Assembly: GCA_020348925.1 (NCBI GenBank)
Contig: CP070758.1
Location: 1,896,030 to 1,960,029 of the forward strand
Reading direction: 5' to 3'
DNA from: Gemmatimonadota bacterium
GTDB lineage: Bacteria; JBHIER01; G020348925
DNA: 64,000 nt
Shown: positions 1 through 10,289 of the stretch, piece by piece
How positions within the stretch are numbered: the stretch's first letter is position 1
Layout of the letters: each line of letters opens with the position of its first letter
Translations under genes and position numbers: made by a program
Notes under the pieces: model-generated
What the model was told of the DNA's origin: nothing
The model's input: only the letters and a program-made list of their open reading frames with translations
The model's database searches: none

Positions 1-113
1 TCCTCGAGCAACGTACAAATCGCCAAGAGGTTATCTTCCCTGCCGGAAGAACTATCGGTAATGTCTCTAACTTTTTCGAGGAGAGGATCATACAATTCTT
101 TGGCATCGTTCAT
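1..113 (-). CDS. N-terminal part of a CDS running off the window edge, possibly GAF-domain protein
   Basis: ATG at 113 with RBS-like GAAAGGAAG upstream; reads MNDAKELYDPLLEKVRDITDSSSGREDNLLAICTLLE, resembling the N-terminus of small GAF proteins; truncated. Confidence 0.45.
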   Translation of the reverse strand, partial: MNDAKELYDPLLEKVRDITDSSSGREDNLLAICTLLE

Positions 114-299
114 TTCGTCGCTTCCTTTCGGAATGCTCAACTTTATACTCTCAATAAAGTTCTTTGTCTTGTCTGCCTACTCTGTCGTGTCCTTCGGTGA
201 TTGCAACGCGGAGCCCTTCCCGGGCATGGTCGCAAGGCTCGCAAAGACAGGGAAAGGCAATCCCTGCAGAGATCAGTGAAGTACAGTCGCCATTGTGAA

Positions 300-650
300 C
301 TATTGTGTTTGCTTCAATTCATCCCACGCTTCGAAGGCTCGTCTGAGATGGGGAATTGTTATAGAGCCACCGACGACGAGCCCGATCTCAAGCGCTTCCT
401 CAAACTCGCCATCATTCACACCCTCACCATAACACCGCATAATATGATACTTGATACACTCGTCACATCTCAACACAAGCGAGGCAACGAGTCCCAATAA
501 CTCCTTTGTCTTTGCAGAAAGCGCTCCGTCATGGTAGACCTGGGAATCGAGGCTATAGAACCTTTTGATCGGAGCTCCTGCGTATTTCATGACAATGTCA
601 TCTGATTTTTGCCGTTCTTTTTTATACTTTTCAACTGTGCTGTTACTCAT
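300..650 (-). CDS. Carboxymuconolactone decarboxylase / AhpD-like protein
   Basis: GALSAKTKELLGLVASLVLRCDECIKYH, a CMD/AhpD motif with CxxC; RBS AAGGAG. Confidence 0.88.
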   Translation of the reverse strand: MSNSTVEKYKKERQKSDDIVMKYAGAPIKRFYSLDSQVYHDGALSAKTKELLGLVASLVLRCDECIKYHIMRCYGEGVNDGEFEEALEIGLVVGGSITIPHLRRAFEAWDELKQTQ

Positions 651-670
651 AAGTCTATCTCCTTAAGTAT

Positions 671-807
671 GGTTTCAAAGGATTCAAGAACTCCAGGGTT
701 CAAGGTTTCAAGTGATGAGAGACTCAGCGATTTATCCTAACACGCTTCAGGTGTCTGTTTCAGTTCAATTTTACCTGAATCCTCGGTTCCTTGACCCCTT
801 GAATCCT
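671..807. repeat. Inverted pair of degenerate 8-nt tandem repeats (GGATTCAA / TTGAATCC type)
   Basis: Left arm aggattcaag-aactccag-ggttcaag-gtttcaag; right arm cctgaatc-ctcggttc-cttgaccc-cttgaatcct; 18-mer cttgaccccttgaatcct recurs exactly at 56211-56228. Confidence 0.7.
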
Positions 808-1330
808 AAAATCGTGATCCCGTAAATATCGCTTGTGCCAATAACCCTGCAATAGGCGGGAAGAAGAAGGAACAGGCGAATCGAATGAGCGTAAATTTCC
901 AACCCAGTATTCCAAACTCCATCGGCAATCGGCTCACCGCCCACAGTGACCATCCTGTCAGAAACGCAACCATAGTCCCCACACTGGCTCCGGCACGCAG
1001 AAAACCGGCGACGACGGGCAAGCTAACATACGGGCCTCCGGGGGTCAAGCCTCCGGCAACAGTCCCGATGAGTATCCCTCGCAAACCGGACTCAACGCCC
1101 ACCCATTTCGATATGAGATCTCGAGGTAAGAGGACCTGTACCATGCCAGCAACAATGAAAGCGAAAAACAATAAGGGTAAGATTTCAATCAGCATTTTCC
1201 AGGTTGATTTCATACCGACAATGTGTTGTCCTTCTCCTTTCGAGTATCCTATAAATAGCAGGGCAATGGCAAGGATCCCCATTATGATCGTTGGAATTAC
1301 CATAGTTGAACCTCTTTTCTTTTTCGCCAT
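806..1330 (-). CDS. Predicted permease (DUF318/ArsP-like)
   Basis: Hydrophobic 174 aa with GTVAGGLTPGGPYVSLPVVAGFLRAGASVGTMVAFLTGWSL motif. Confidence 0.8.
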   Translation of the reverse strand: MAKKKRGSTMVIPTIIMGILAIALLFIGYSKGEGQHIVGMKSTWKMLIEILPLLFFAFIVAGMVQVLLPRDLISKWVGVESGLRGILIGTVAGGLTPGGPYVSLPVVAGFLRAGASVGTMVAFLTGWSLWAVSRLPMEFGILGWKFTLIRFACSFFFPPIAGLLAQAIFTGSRF

Positions 1331-1377
1331 TATATTTCTCCACCTCTATACTCTTTGGACGCAATACGCATCACGGA

Positions 1378-1965
1378 CTATTTTATGAAATATCTCATAA
1401 TCGGTCGGGTCTCTGAACGACGCGCTACTTCTTTGAATCCCGCCTTGCGAAATGCTGAGGCCAAGCCCGTGTATGCAAAAACGTCGGCTGTTTTCTCCTG
1501 CCTGGGCTCAACCGGATATCCCTCCACAATCTTCGCCCCCTGCTCTTTGGCATACTGTACTGCGGCTTCGAGAATCTTCACGGTGACGCCGCTACGTCTG
1601 AATGGTTTGGCAACGAAGAAACAGACGATCGACCATACGGGTTTATCGTCAACCCGTTTTAAAATCCGTGACCTCTCAAGAACTGAAAACTCTTCCCTCG
1701 GAGCAACTGAGCACCATGCGATAGGCTGACCATCCTTGTAAGCCAACAAGCCAGGAATTTCACCGGCTTTGATAATCTTTCTCATGGCTCTCTTATTGCC
1801 ATCCCCCTTTTGATCCTCGAAGTCGGATCTCTTCAAACGCCACCACATGCACCAGCACCCCCCACACGCCCCACGTTCTCCAAACAACGCTTCGAAATCT
1901 TTCCACTGTTCAGGGGTCACTGGATGGTACCTTAAATCTGAAATAGCAGATGATTTGAAAGCCAT
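1378..1965 (-). CDS. GNAT family N-acetyltransferase (CWC type)
   Basis: GACGGCWCMWWR, WSIVCFFVAKPFRRSGVT acetyl-CoA motif, VEGYP; ATG 1965 with AGAGGGAG RBS. Confidence 0.88.
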   Translation of the reverse strand: MAFKSSAISDLRYHPVTPEQWKDFEALFGERGACGGCWCMWWRLKRSDFEDQKGDGNKRAMRKIIKAGEIPGLLAYKDGQPIAWCSVAPREEFSVLERSRILKRVDDKPVWSIVCFFVAKPFRRSGVTVKILEAAVQYAKEQGAKIVEGYPVEPRQEKTADVFAYTGLASAFRKAGFKEVARRSETRPIMRYFIK

Positions 1966-2255
1966 ATTTTTTCTCCCTCTCGTTGGAACGATATTATACG
2001 AATTCAACACCCATGCACACGGACACGTTACGTCGATTGGCTACGGTGACATCAATTCCTCGATCGCCCGGTATGTGATGCCGGCGAATACTATTCCACG
2101 ATTACATCCCTCATCCGTTTTGTCCTTACAGATCCCAAAAGATATTCCTAAATGGTCACGTGATCCTTCAAAGTTTTCCATACCGGATAGGCCTGCAAAG
2201 TGCAAATTAAAATAAATTTTAACTGCAATGTCAACTCATTTTATTTCATTTCAGC

Positions 2256-3398
2256 TTACGGTGACATAAACTCTGAACAGATGGTATTGGCCACCATGAG
2301 CCCCTTGCGAGTAAATCGAAGAAAAGAACCGTCTCTTTCAAGCAGTCCCATGTCTGCGTATTTTTTTATTATATCGCCGTAACGTTCATCTACTTCCGTC
2401 CCAAACCGTTTTCGAAAAAGATTGACATTCAAACCTTCCCTTTTTCGCAAGGCGAGGAAGACGGCCTCAGCCCTGAGCTTTTCTTCGGAAAGAATTTCAT
2501 CTTTTCCAACCGGTGACTCTCCGCATTCGATCCTTCTGATGTATTCATGAACATCTCTCACTTTTTCCGCTCTGCAGTTGTCGAAAAAGGAATGGGCTGA
2601 CGGTCCCAAACCGAGATAAGGAGAATGATCCCAGTAGATTTGATTGTGCTGCGACCGGAATCCCGGGCGAGCGAAATTTGAGATTTCGTAGTGTTCATAT
2701 CCCTGAGATTCCAGAAAGTCGATGGCATACTCATACATGGCAGCTTCCTGATCCTCTGGAAAGCTCGAGAACTTGCCATCAGCCCAATCCTGTGCAAAGA
2801 CAGTTTTGGGCTCGATAGTCAAATTATATGCCGAAATATGCTCCGGTGCTAAGGCAACTGCTCGATGCAAACTCTCTTTCCAGCTTTCAAAAGACTGTCC
2901 GGGAATGGCGAAGATAAGATCTATGCCGATGTTCCGGAAGCCAACTCTTCGAGCTGCTTCGAACACTTTTAAAGCGGTTTCAACAGAGTGGATTCTGCCC
3001 AAACGCCTCAACTCATCATCATGCAGCGACTGGACACCCAGGCTGAAGCGATTGACGTTGGAGTCATAGAGAATTTTCAGTTTTTCATCCTCTATTGTTT
3101 CCGGGTTCGCTTCGACCGTGCACTCGATGTCTTCCTCACATTGAAAAGTACTCAGACACTGATCGAGGATTCCCTGAAGTTGAGGAGCAGACAGAACGGT
3201 TGGCGTTCCCCCTCCGATGTAAAGAGTAGTAAACGTCGTTTCGGACCAGGGTGTGCCTGCAGAAGATGCGGCAATATCCCTTTTCAACGCATCCGTAAAA
3301 TGTTGGGCGAGGTCTTTGTCAAAAGGGTTCGAATAGAAGTCACAATACGGACATTTCCTGAGACAAAAGGGAACATGGATGTAAAGGCCTGCAGGCAT
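2256..3398 (-). CDS. hemW: Radical SAM heme chaperone HemW (HemN-like)
   Basis: LYIHVPFCLRKCPYCDF (CxxxCxxC), GGGTP, YEISNFA, HNQIYW, YLGLGPSAHS. Confidence 0.92.
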   Translation of the reverse strand: MPAGLYIHVPFCLRKCPYCDFYSNPFDKDLAQHFTDALKRDIAASSAGTPWSETTFTTLYIGGGTPTVLSAPQLQGILDQCLSTFQCEEDIECTVEANPETIEDEKLKILYDSNVNRFSLGVQSLHDDELRRLGRIHSVETALKVFEAARRVGFRNIGIDLIFAIPGQSFESWKESLHRAVALAPEHISAYNLTIEPKTVFAQDWADGKFSSFPEDQEAAMYEYAIDFLESQGYEHYEISNFARPGFRSQHNQIYWDHSPYLGLGPSAHSFFDNCRAEKVRDVHEYIRRIECGESPVGKDEILSEEKLRAEAVFLALRKREGLNVNLFRKRFGTEVDERYGDIIKKYADMGLLERDGSFLRFTRKGLMVANTICSEFMSP

Positions 3399-3412
3399 AG
3401 CTCATCGGGTTG

Positions 3413-5026
3413 TTAGCGCCGTTCAGTCTGAAATTCGGTTTTCCCGCCGCGCAGTGCTCTCCTCAGCGTCTTTCCCACCACAGTTTTCGGTATCTCCCCC
3501 ACAAATTCAACCTCCCTTATTTTTTTGAACGGGGCACAGCGCTGTTCAATGAATTCCATCAATCCACGCTCAGTAACAGTGCTGCCTTTGTGAACGACGA
3601 CATAGGCTTTGGGGATCTCACCGACATCGGCCAAGGGTTTGCCCACGACGGCGCATTCACGCACGGCCGGATGATCATAGAGAGCGTTTTCCAATTCCGC
3701 CGGAAAGATGCTGTATCCTTTGTATTTGATGAGATCTTTTTTTCTGTCAACAATGGAGAAAAAGCCGTCCTCATCCATCGTGGCCAGATCACCGGTGTGC
3801 AACCAGCCCTCCCTGAGAACACCATCCGTTTCCTGGGAATTTTTCCAATAGCCCTTCATCACCTGAGGGCCACGCAGGATCAACTCGCCAACCTCATTTG
3901 GTCCTAATTCTTTCGTGCCTGTTTCAATATCAACGATCTTCGCGTCAGTATCGATAATCGGGATTCCAATTGTTCCAGTTCTGACGCTTTCCAGGGGGCT
4001 GTCATGTGTTTCAGGCGACGCTTCGGTGAGGCCATATCCCAAAATGAGCTCACACAAGCCCAAATCGTCCCATCTTCTCTTTACTTCCCCTGGAATGGGC
4101 ATGGCTCCAGCTTTGGCCAATCGAAGCGATGACAGATTCCGTTTCTCTCTTTCAGGGGAGTCTAAAAGCAAATGAAACATTGTCGCTGATCCGTAAGCAA
4201 TCGTAATTCTCTCTTTTTCAATTATACCGAGAACCTCCTCGGGATCGAAGCGGGGAACCAGAACGATTGTGGCACCGGTGTAAATTGCCGAGTTGATGCT
4301 GGTACACAGCCCCCATGTGTGACATAGAGAAAGAACACCCAAGACGATATCGTTTCTGCTCCACGTGAACCAGAGGGCATTCTGGATGGCATTGGCCACC
4401 AGATTTGAGTGGGTCATCATCGCCCCTTTGGGACGTCCTGTCGTGCCTCCGGTATACTGTAAGACGGCTAGACCGTTTTTGGAATGCCTATCGACGTGTC
4501 GCAATGTTGACGGATTTGCCCTGGCAATCAATTCGTTGAATCTATGCACATCCCTAACTTTATCCTCACCTACTGAGATGAGTATTTTCGATGATTTTTG
4601 CCGGACGCTGTGAGAGAGGAGTGGCACATGGTATCTTTCGCATACAATGACTTTCGGATCGGCATCCTGCAAACGGACCTCCAGTTCATACTCCTTGGAA
4701 AGGGGGCTGGCCGCAGTCATAATTGCCCCGATCTTCAGGACGCCATAGTAGGCAATGACAAATTCAGGGATGTTTGGAAGAACGAGCATGACCCGGTCGC
4801 CCCTGTCGACACCCAAGGCCAGGAGCGCGGCCCCAAATCTTGTGGAGGCGAGATTCAGTTCATGGTAGGTCATTCTGGTATTACCGGAAATCAAAGCCGG
4901 ATGGTGCGGATCCCTTGCGGCAGAATTGACTAAAATTTGTTGAAGGAGGATCTCCGGGTATGCGATACGTCTTGGGACGTCTTTCGGCCAGAAAGCGAAC
5001 CAAGGTCTGTCACAGGGAACAGTCAT
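3413..5026 (-). CDS. Long-chain fatty acid--CoA ligase (AMP-binding)
   Basis: LQYTGGTTGRPKG, GYGLTE, WLHTGD, DRKKDLI, PKTVVGK; start uncertain (5026 or 5095). Confidence 0.9.
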   Translation of the reverse strand: MTVPCDRPWFAFWPKDVPRRIAYPEILLQQILVNSAARDPHHPALISGNTRMTYHELNLASTRFGAALLALGVDRGDRVMLVLPNIPEFVIAYYGVLKIGAIMTAASPLSKEYELEVRLQDADPKVIVCERYHVPLLSHSVRQKSSKILISVGEDKVRDVHRFNELIARANPSTLRHVDRHSKNGLAVLQYTGGTTGRPKGAMMTHSNLVANAIQNALWFTWSRNDIVLGVLSLCHTWGLCTSINSAIYTGATIVLVPRFDPEEVLGIIEKERITIAYGSATMFHLLLDSPEREKRNLSSLRLAKAGAMPIPGEVKRRWDDLGLCELILGYGLTEASPETHDSPLESVRTGTIGIPIIDTDAKIVDIETGTKELGPNEVGELILRGPQVMKGYWKNSQETDGVLREGWLHTGDLATMDEDGFFSIVDRKKDLIKYKGYSIFPAELENALYDHPAVRECAVVGKPLADVGEIPKAYVVVHKGSTVTERGLMEFIEQRCAPFKKIREVEFVGEIPKTVVGKTLRRALRGGKTEFQTERR

Positions 5027-5096
5027 GTTTGAATAGTAGAAGAAGATTCCCTGGAGCTCGAAGCATTCACCAAATCCTTCGAACCGAGGAAACATT

Positions 5097-7925
5097 TCAT
5101 AAGACTTTGTGCAATATCGAAATCACATCCAGGATACCGATGGAGCCGTCGTGATTGCAATCGGCTGCGCATCGTTCGAGTGGCGTGTGTTCACCAATGT
5201 CCAAAATAATATCGATGAGGGAAACGATGTCGAAAAGATCCACTGTCTCATCTCCGTTGACGTCTCCCGGGAGTCGACACACCGAGAACGTGCTCCCTTT
5301 GAATTCCACAGGAACTGGAATGCCGTAAGGCGTCTCAGCGGCACCGCCCGATGGATTGAGATGAATCAATTGACCCACTTCTACAGAGTCGACAACCGCG
5401 TATTCAATCCGGATGATGGGACCATCTCCAGGAGTAATGCTCTGACCGCTGAGAGTGGTCAGTTCAAGAAGAAGCTGTCCAGGCGATTGGACAAAGTTGA
5501 GAGAGAGGGACTCTGCACGGGCGACCGGAAAAACATTCGTGGCTGTGAGGAGTTGGGTGTCTTCGAACAGGCTGAAGCTCATACCCCAGATCTCGGTGTT
5601 GCTGTTAAGGAGGAGATCGACCCCGTTGTGACTACTCCCTGGAAGTCCGTACCCGTTTTCAACGGATACGGTGGCCCGTGGAGCTTCGATAGTGACTGTG
5701 ACCGAATCGCTGTCCCGCTTCGCTCGATCATGAAGGGAGAGGGCAGTACATGATATGATGTTCTGGGTGTTGATCGATACGTCCCCTGGGATATGGATAT
5801 CGGTTTGGACTGTTGTATCCGTCCCGGATGCCAGACAAAGATGCAAAGAATCGGGAATAGCCGTCCATTCGAATTCATCCTCGAAGAAAACGGCGAAAGA
5901 ATCCGAGTATGCGGGTGCACAGTTGCGAATCGTAAAAAAGAGCGGTATTGAGCTGCCAGGAGTGGTTGTCGTGTCGTCCCTGGCCGTAACCTCAGGATTG
6001 CCGGCCTTCGATTGACGGACCGTAACATTGAGGTCGCCGGAGTCGGCGGAAGAAGAATCTCTGTGTGAGGTCGCCGTCAGGGTGAGAGTGTCGACCATTC
6101 CAATGAGACTTCCCTCCGGGATGGTTACCGTCACAACCACAATGGATTCTTCTCCGGGTTCCAGAAAAACGGAAGAGGGGGAGAAATTGAGCTGCCAGTT
6201 TTCCGTCTCCGACAGAGTGAGACGAAATGTGTCCGAAGGAATCACAGAAATGTTTTTCACGAAGAAATAGACAATGACTTCTCGACCGGCCTCACCGCTG
6301 TCATCGCTACCCGCCCTCACCTTCGGGACGGCCGCATTACTTATCTCCATTTGTTCTGCCGCATAGGAGTAAACATAGTTGTTATCACGAGAGGAAGGAG
6401 GAGTGGTAACGTTGGGGATGAGAATGATCTTCGAATATGTGTACCATTCAGGAATATCGATTGACCCTTGCCCGCCTTCGTCGAGATCCATTTCGGCAAT
6501 CGCATGTGCTCCCGTGTCTCGGTAGGCAACAAGTCCCGCCCCCCACGTCACCTCTTCACTTCCATCAAGGTCGATTCTCAGACCACTGGATTGGAGATTC
6601 GGACTGAACCGGATGTAGTTTGAGCCCCATCTTTGCGGCGGGAGCGGCGGATTCGTCACGGAAACCGGATAGGTGTCGTGAACCTGACTGGTGTGAAGAT
6701 GAACCTGAGGCCAGAGTGCTCCCTCCGAGTAATGATTGCTGTCAGCCCGATCTCCGGTAAAGTAATTCCACACCGTGAAATCCTTGAAGGCCTCCTCACG
6801 GGAGGTGCCGTACGAACTCAGTACAGTTTGAAAGGCGTTCAGGCTGTTTTTATTGGGAACGAGGCCACATTCTATCCAGAATTGACGCATGATTTCGAGA
6901 TGAAACCGTTCCGTTACATAGTGGGCCCATATACAACTGGCATATTCGTGAAGGCCGTTAGTGTTCGTCAGGGAAACCTCGGGGAACCGGAAGAACGCAT
7001 TCAGGTACAGAAGATAATCGTTCACGCCGTCGTAGATGACATCTTCCATCCAGGTCGAACTGATCTCCATGAAGTAGACATCTTCGAATGCGTCGTATGC
7101 GAAATGGATGGCGTGGAAGAACTCATGGGCTGCGGTGACCTTCAGAGGATCGATGGGGTCAGGATAGCCGAAGCCATCGTAGTCGTTATCAATCACGATG
7201 TAGCTGGTCATCGCATTGGTGTTTCCACCGGAAACCTTGTATTCTGGAGCAGTGTATCCATACAGATTCGAGCCCAAATCGGCCACGTAAATGTCATATT
7301 TGGAGTCACCGCCGTAATCTTCGGTCGTTGGATACCACGGACCGTCGTGCGGCGGAGCCAGATAGCCCATGCTGTTCACTTCCTGGTTCCAGCAGTTGTC
7401 GAATATGGCAGCGCACCGGTTGATGTAGTCCGGAATCCCATCAGATGGGTCCACATCATCAGGTGAGGGCGCGTCAGCCGTCGTAGTGACATACCAGATT
7501 CTGAAGTGTCCTTCATGACTGTCGTAAAAGGTGGGTTCAGTCGTATAGGCATAATCGCCGTCCTCACCCCCCTCAGAAGGTCGGAGCAGGTAATGCTGCA
7601 GAGTGGCTCTCGTTTTTTTGCTCAGGGCAGTCCAGTTTTCGCTGATTTCGAGAAATATGGGGGTGGCACATTTGACGGGCGGTGACTGTATGACCTTGAA
7701 CCGCTCATCGAGCTTCGTCGGTGCGAGGAGAGCGTGCACTTTGTTCACCAGAGCGGTTTCGTAGTCAAGATCGCCCCGCTCGTACGCTTCACCAATGATC
7801 TGGAGTGATGTGGGCTTCAAAGTTTCCTCATCTCGATGCGCCTCCCCTTCACCAACAAAGATAGACAGGCCAGCGCAAACAACACATGTTATGAGGAAGA
7901 TGGTGCGTCTGCTGTTCATTCGCAT
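5097..7925 (-). CDS. Secreted zinc metalloprotease (MXAN_6640-like) with Ig/NEW3-like, cohesin-like and dockerin domains
   Basis: Signal peptide; AHEFFH zincin motif plus WMED; two ~110-aa Ig-like repeats; cohesin-like beta-sandwich (ITPGDGPIIRIEY); dockerin GDVNGDETVDLFD...ADCNHDGSIGILD. Confidence 0.8.
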   Translation of the reverse strand: MRMNSRRTIFLITCVVCAGLSIFVGEGEAHRDEETLKPTSLQIIGEAYERGDLDYETALVNKVHALLAPTKLDERFKVIQSPPVKCATPIFLEISENWTALSKKTRATLQHYLLRPSEGGEDGDYAYTTEPTFYDSHEGHFRIWYVTTTADAPSPDDVDPSDGIPDYINRCAAIFDNCWNQEVNSMGYLAPPHDGPWYPTTEDYGGDSKYDIYVADLGSNLYGYTAPEYKVSGGNTNAMTSYIVIDNDYDGFGYPDPIDPLKVTAAHEFFHAIHFAYDAFEDVYFMEISSTWMEDVIYDGVNDYLLYLNAFFRFPEVSLTNTNGLHEYASCIWAHYVTERFHLEIMRQFWIECGLVPNKNSLNAFQTVLSSYGTSREEAFKDFTVWNYFTGDRADSNHYSEGALWPQVHLHTSQVHDTYPVSVTNPPLPPQRWGSNYIRFSPNLQSSGLRIDLDGSEEVTWGAGLVAYRDTGAHAIAEMDLDEGGQGSIDIPEWYTYSKIILIPNVTTPPSSRDNNYVYSYAAEQMEISNAAVPKVRAGSDDSGEAGREVIVYFFVKNISVIPSDTFRLTLSETENWQLNFSPSSVFLEPGEESIVVVTVTIPEGSLIGMVDTLTLTATSHRDSSSADSGDLNVTVRQSKAGNPEVTARDDTTTTPGSSIPLFFTIRNCAPAYSDSFAVFFEDEFEWTAIPDSLHLCLASGTDTTVQTDIHIPGDVSINTQNIISCTALSLHDRAKRDSDSVTVTIEAPRATVSVENGYGLPGSSHNGVDLLLNSNTEIWGMSFSLFEDTQLLTATNVFPVARAESLSLNFVQSPGQLLLELTTLSGQSITPGDGPIIRIEYAVVDSVEVGQLIHLNPSGGAAETPYGIPVPVEFKGSTFSVCRLPGDVNGDETVDLFDIVSLIDIILDIGEHTPLERCAADCNHDGSIGILDVISILHKVL

Positions 7926-8048
7926 AGGACTACTGTTTCACACCTCTCGGAATTTCACAGTTGTGCATACTTCGGGAACACCCCTTCGTGTCGAAACGAA
8001 GAGATACCTCAATCATCATGAATAGATTTGTAAACAACATGTCGGATC

Positions 8049-10166
8049 TCAAGAGTCGAGGCGAATTCGGATCCGTCCGTCAACGGCAGTGCATTTCTCC
8101 CTTTCCGGAAATGCGATGAAAGGATTCACGTCCATCTCTTGAATGGCATTGAAATCACTCACCAGCTGAGAGACTCGCTGCAGCATTTCCGCAATGACGT
8201 CAAAGGCTACGGGTTTCTCTCCGCGCACACCCTTGAGCAATGGAAAGCTCTTGAGCGTTTTTACCATTTCCAGCGCTTCGATATCCGTAATGGGATGAAT
8301 CCGGAAATTGACATCTTTAAACGTTTCGACGTAAATACCGCCCATGCCGAACATGATGAGAGGTCCAAACTTGGGATCCTGAATCATGCCCAGGATCGTC
8401 TCTTTTCCCCCGGTGATCATCTCCTGGATCATGATTTGAAACTCCCCCAGTTTCTTCTTGATAGGCTTGGTGGCATCAACGATCTGTTTGATACCACGGA
8501 TGAGTTCGGCCTCATTACGGATGTCCAGAACGACCCCCCCGATATCTGATTTGTGTATCACCTCCGGGCTGACAATCTTCAGTGCCACTGGAAACTCAAG
8601 TTTTTCCGCCCGCTCCAATGCTTCATCGTACGTATTTGCGATCTCAGCCTTCGGGAACGGAATACCGTATGCTTCGAGTACATCCACCACCTCTTTCTCC
8701 GTGAGATATTCCCGTCTCTCACGCAGCGCTCTCGTGAAAATAGTTTCGGCCTTCTTTTTTTTCACTTTAAATTCGCCGATTTTTCCGGTTTTGCGTTCTC
8801 GAAACTTTCCGTATTTTACCATAGCCGAAAGGGCCAGCGCGGCTGACTCGGGAAACAGGTACACCGGAAGCCGGTTTCGCTTCAGATCTTTGATCCCACT
8901 CCGCTCATCCGCGGCACTCATGAAGCAGCAGAGTATGGGTTTGTTGAACGAATTTTGGGAAGCCGCAATAATCGCCTGGGCCACGCCAACGGGGTCAATC
9001 GTGATGGGGGGCACGAAGATGACGATGACGGCATCCACATTATTGTCCTGAAGGACGGCCTTGAGCGTCTTTCTGTATTGCTCACTGCCGGCCCCTGAGA
9101 CCATGTCCATGGGGTTGGAGTAACTGGCTTCCGGATTACTGAACTTTCTCAATGTCGTGATGGTCTTGGGGTTGAACGGGGGTAGATCAAGACCGAGGCT
9201 GACACAGGCGTCGGCGGCCAGTATACCGGGACCGCCGGCATTGGTGACGATGGCCACTCGCTGGCCTTTGGGAATGGGCTGGTTGGCAAAGGCCTCCGAC
9301 ACATCGAAAAGCTCCTCCATGGATCTCACCCGGAGGACGCCGCACTGATCCAGGAGGGCTTCGGCCGCAACATCGAGGCCTGCCAGGGCCCCGGTATGGG
9401 ATGAGGCCGCCCGAGCCCCCGCTTCGGTGCGTCCGGCCTTCACGACGATAATGGGTTTCTGTTGGACTATGGAGCGGGCAAGCATTGTGAAGCGCCTCGG
9501 ATCCCCGAAGCTCTCCAAGTACAGAAGAATGAGCTCGGTCTGGGGATCATCCTTCCAGTACTCGAGAAGATCGTTCCCGGCTACATCCGCCTTATTGCCG
9601 ACGCTGACAAACATCGACAATCCGAGATTGAGTTGCGAGGCATGATCCAGAATGGCTTCCCCCAGCGCTCCGCTCTGGGACAGAAATCCGATCTTGCCCG
9701 GCAGAGGCAGGGCCGTGGCGAAGGTGGCGTTCAGGCGAACGTCGGGATCGGTGTTGATCACCCCGAAGCAGTTGGGACCCACCATTCGCATCCCATACTT
9801 TCGTATCTTCTTGATAAGTTTCTCCTCGGCCTCAATGCCCTTGGGACCGACCTCCCGAAATCCTGCCGTGATCATGACGATCCCTTTCACTCCCTTCTTT
9901 CCGCAATCGTCGATCATCTTCGGTACCAATTGCTTGGGCACCACTATGACGGCCAGGTCGATCTCATCGGGGACATCCAGGACACTGGGATAGCATTTCG
10001 TGCTGTGGACGACCTTTGCCTTGGGATTGATGGGAAAAACAGGACCGTTGAATTCGAAGCGGAACAAATTCCTCAGGAGCTGGCCCCCAACGGAATCCTC
10101 TCGTCGCGATGCACCGATGACGGCCACCGACCTCGGTCGAAAGATGTAGTCTAAATCGTGACGCAT
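8049..10166 (-). CDS. Acetate/acyl-CoA ligase (ADP-forming), fused alpha-beta
   Basis: PRSVAVIGAS, GPNCFG, SQSGA, ASSHTG phospho-His, NAGGPG, HKSDIGGV ATP-grasp; no GNAT domain; RBS GGAGG before ATG 10166. Confidence 0.9.
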   Translation of the reverse strand: MRHDLDYIFRPRSVAVIGASRREDSVGGQLLRNLFRFEFNGPVFPINPKAKVVHSTKCYPSVLDVPDEIDLAVIVVPKQLVPKMIDDCGKKGVKGIVMITAGFREVGPKGIEAEEKLIKKIRKYGMRMVGPNCFGVINTDPDVRLNATFATALPLPGKIGFLSQSGALGEAILDHASQLNLGLSMFVSVGNKADVAGNDLLEYWKDDPQTELILLYLESFGDPRRFTMLARSIVQQKPIIVVKAGRTEAGARAASSHTGALAGLDVAAEALLDQCGVLRVRSMEELFDVSEAFANQPIPKGQRVAIVTNAGGPGILAADACVSLGLDLPPFNPKTITTLRKFSNPEASYSNPMDMVSGAGSEQYRKTLKAVLQDNNVDAVIVIFVPPITIDPVGVAQAIIAASQNSFNKPILCCFMSAADERSGIKDLKRNRLPVYLFPESAALALSAMVKYGKFRERKTGKIGEFKVKKKKAETIFTRALRERREYLTEKEVVDVLEAYGIPFPKAEIANTYDEALERAEKLEFPVALKIVSPEVIHKSDIGGVVLDIRNEAELIRGIKQIVDATKPIKKKLGEFQIMIQEMITGGKETILGMIQDPKFGPLIMFGMGGIYVETFKDVNFRIHPITDIEALEMVKTLKSFPLLKGVRGEKPVAFDVIAEMLQRVSQLVSDFNAIQEMDVNPFIAFPEREKCTAVDGRIRIRLDS

Positions 10167-10289
10167 GTCAATTCCTCCTCCGAGTGGAGTAGCCATAAAG
10201 ATACGTTCTCCATAATTAACATTAAATATACTAAAATGATCTATTTTTTAAAAGGGATAGTGTAAAATAACCGGGGTGTTTTGATGTGG

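Noticed and set aside
8049-10166. Protein lysine acetyltransferase (Pat/PatZ)
   Set aside because: No GNAT domain, and both phospho-His motifs are retained, which favours an ADP-forming ligase
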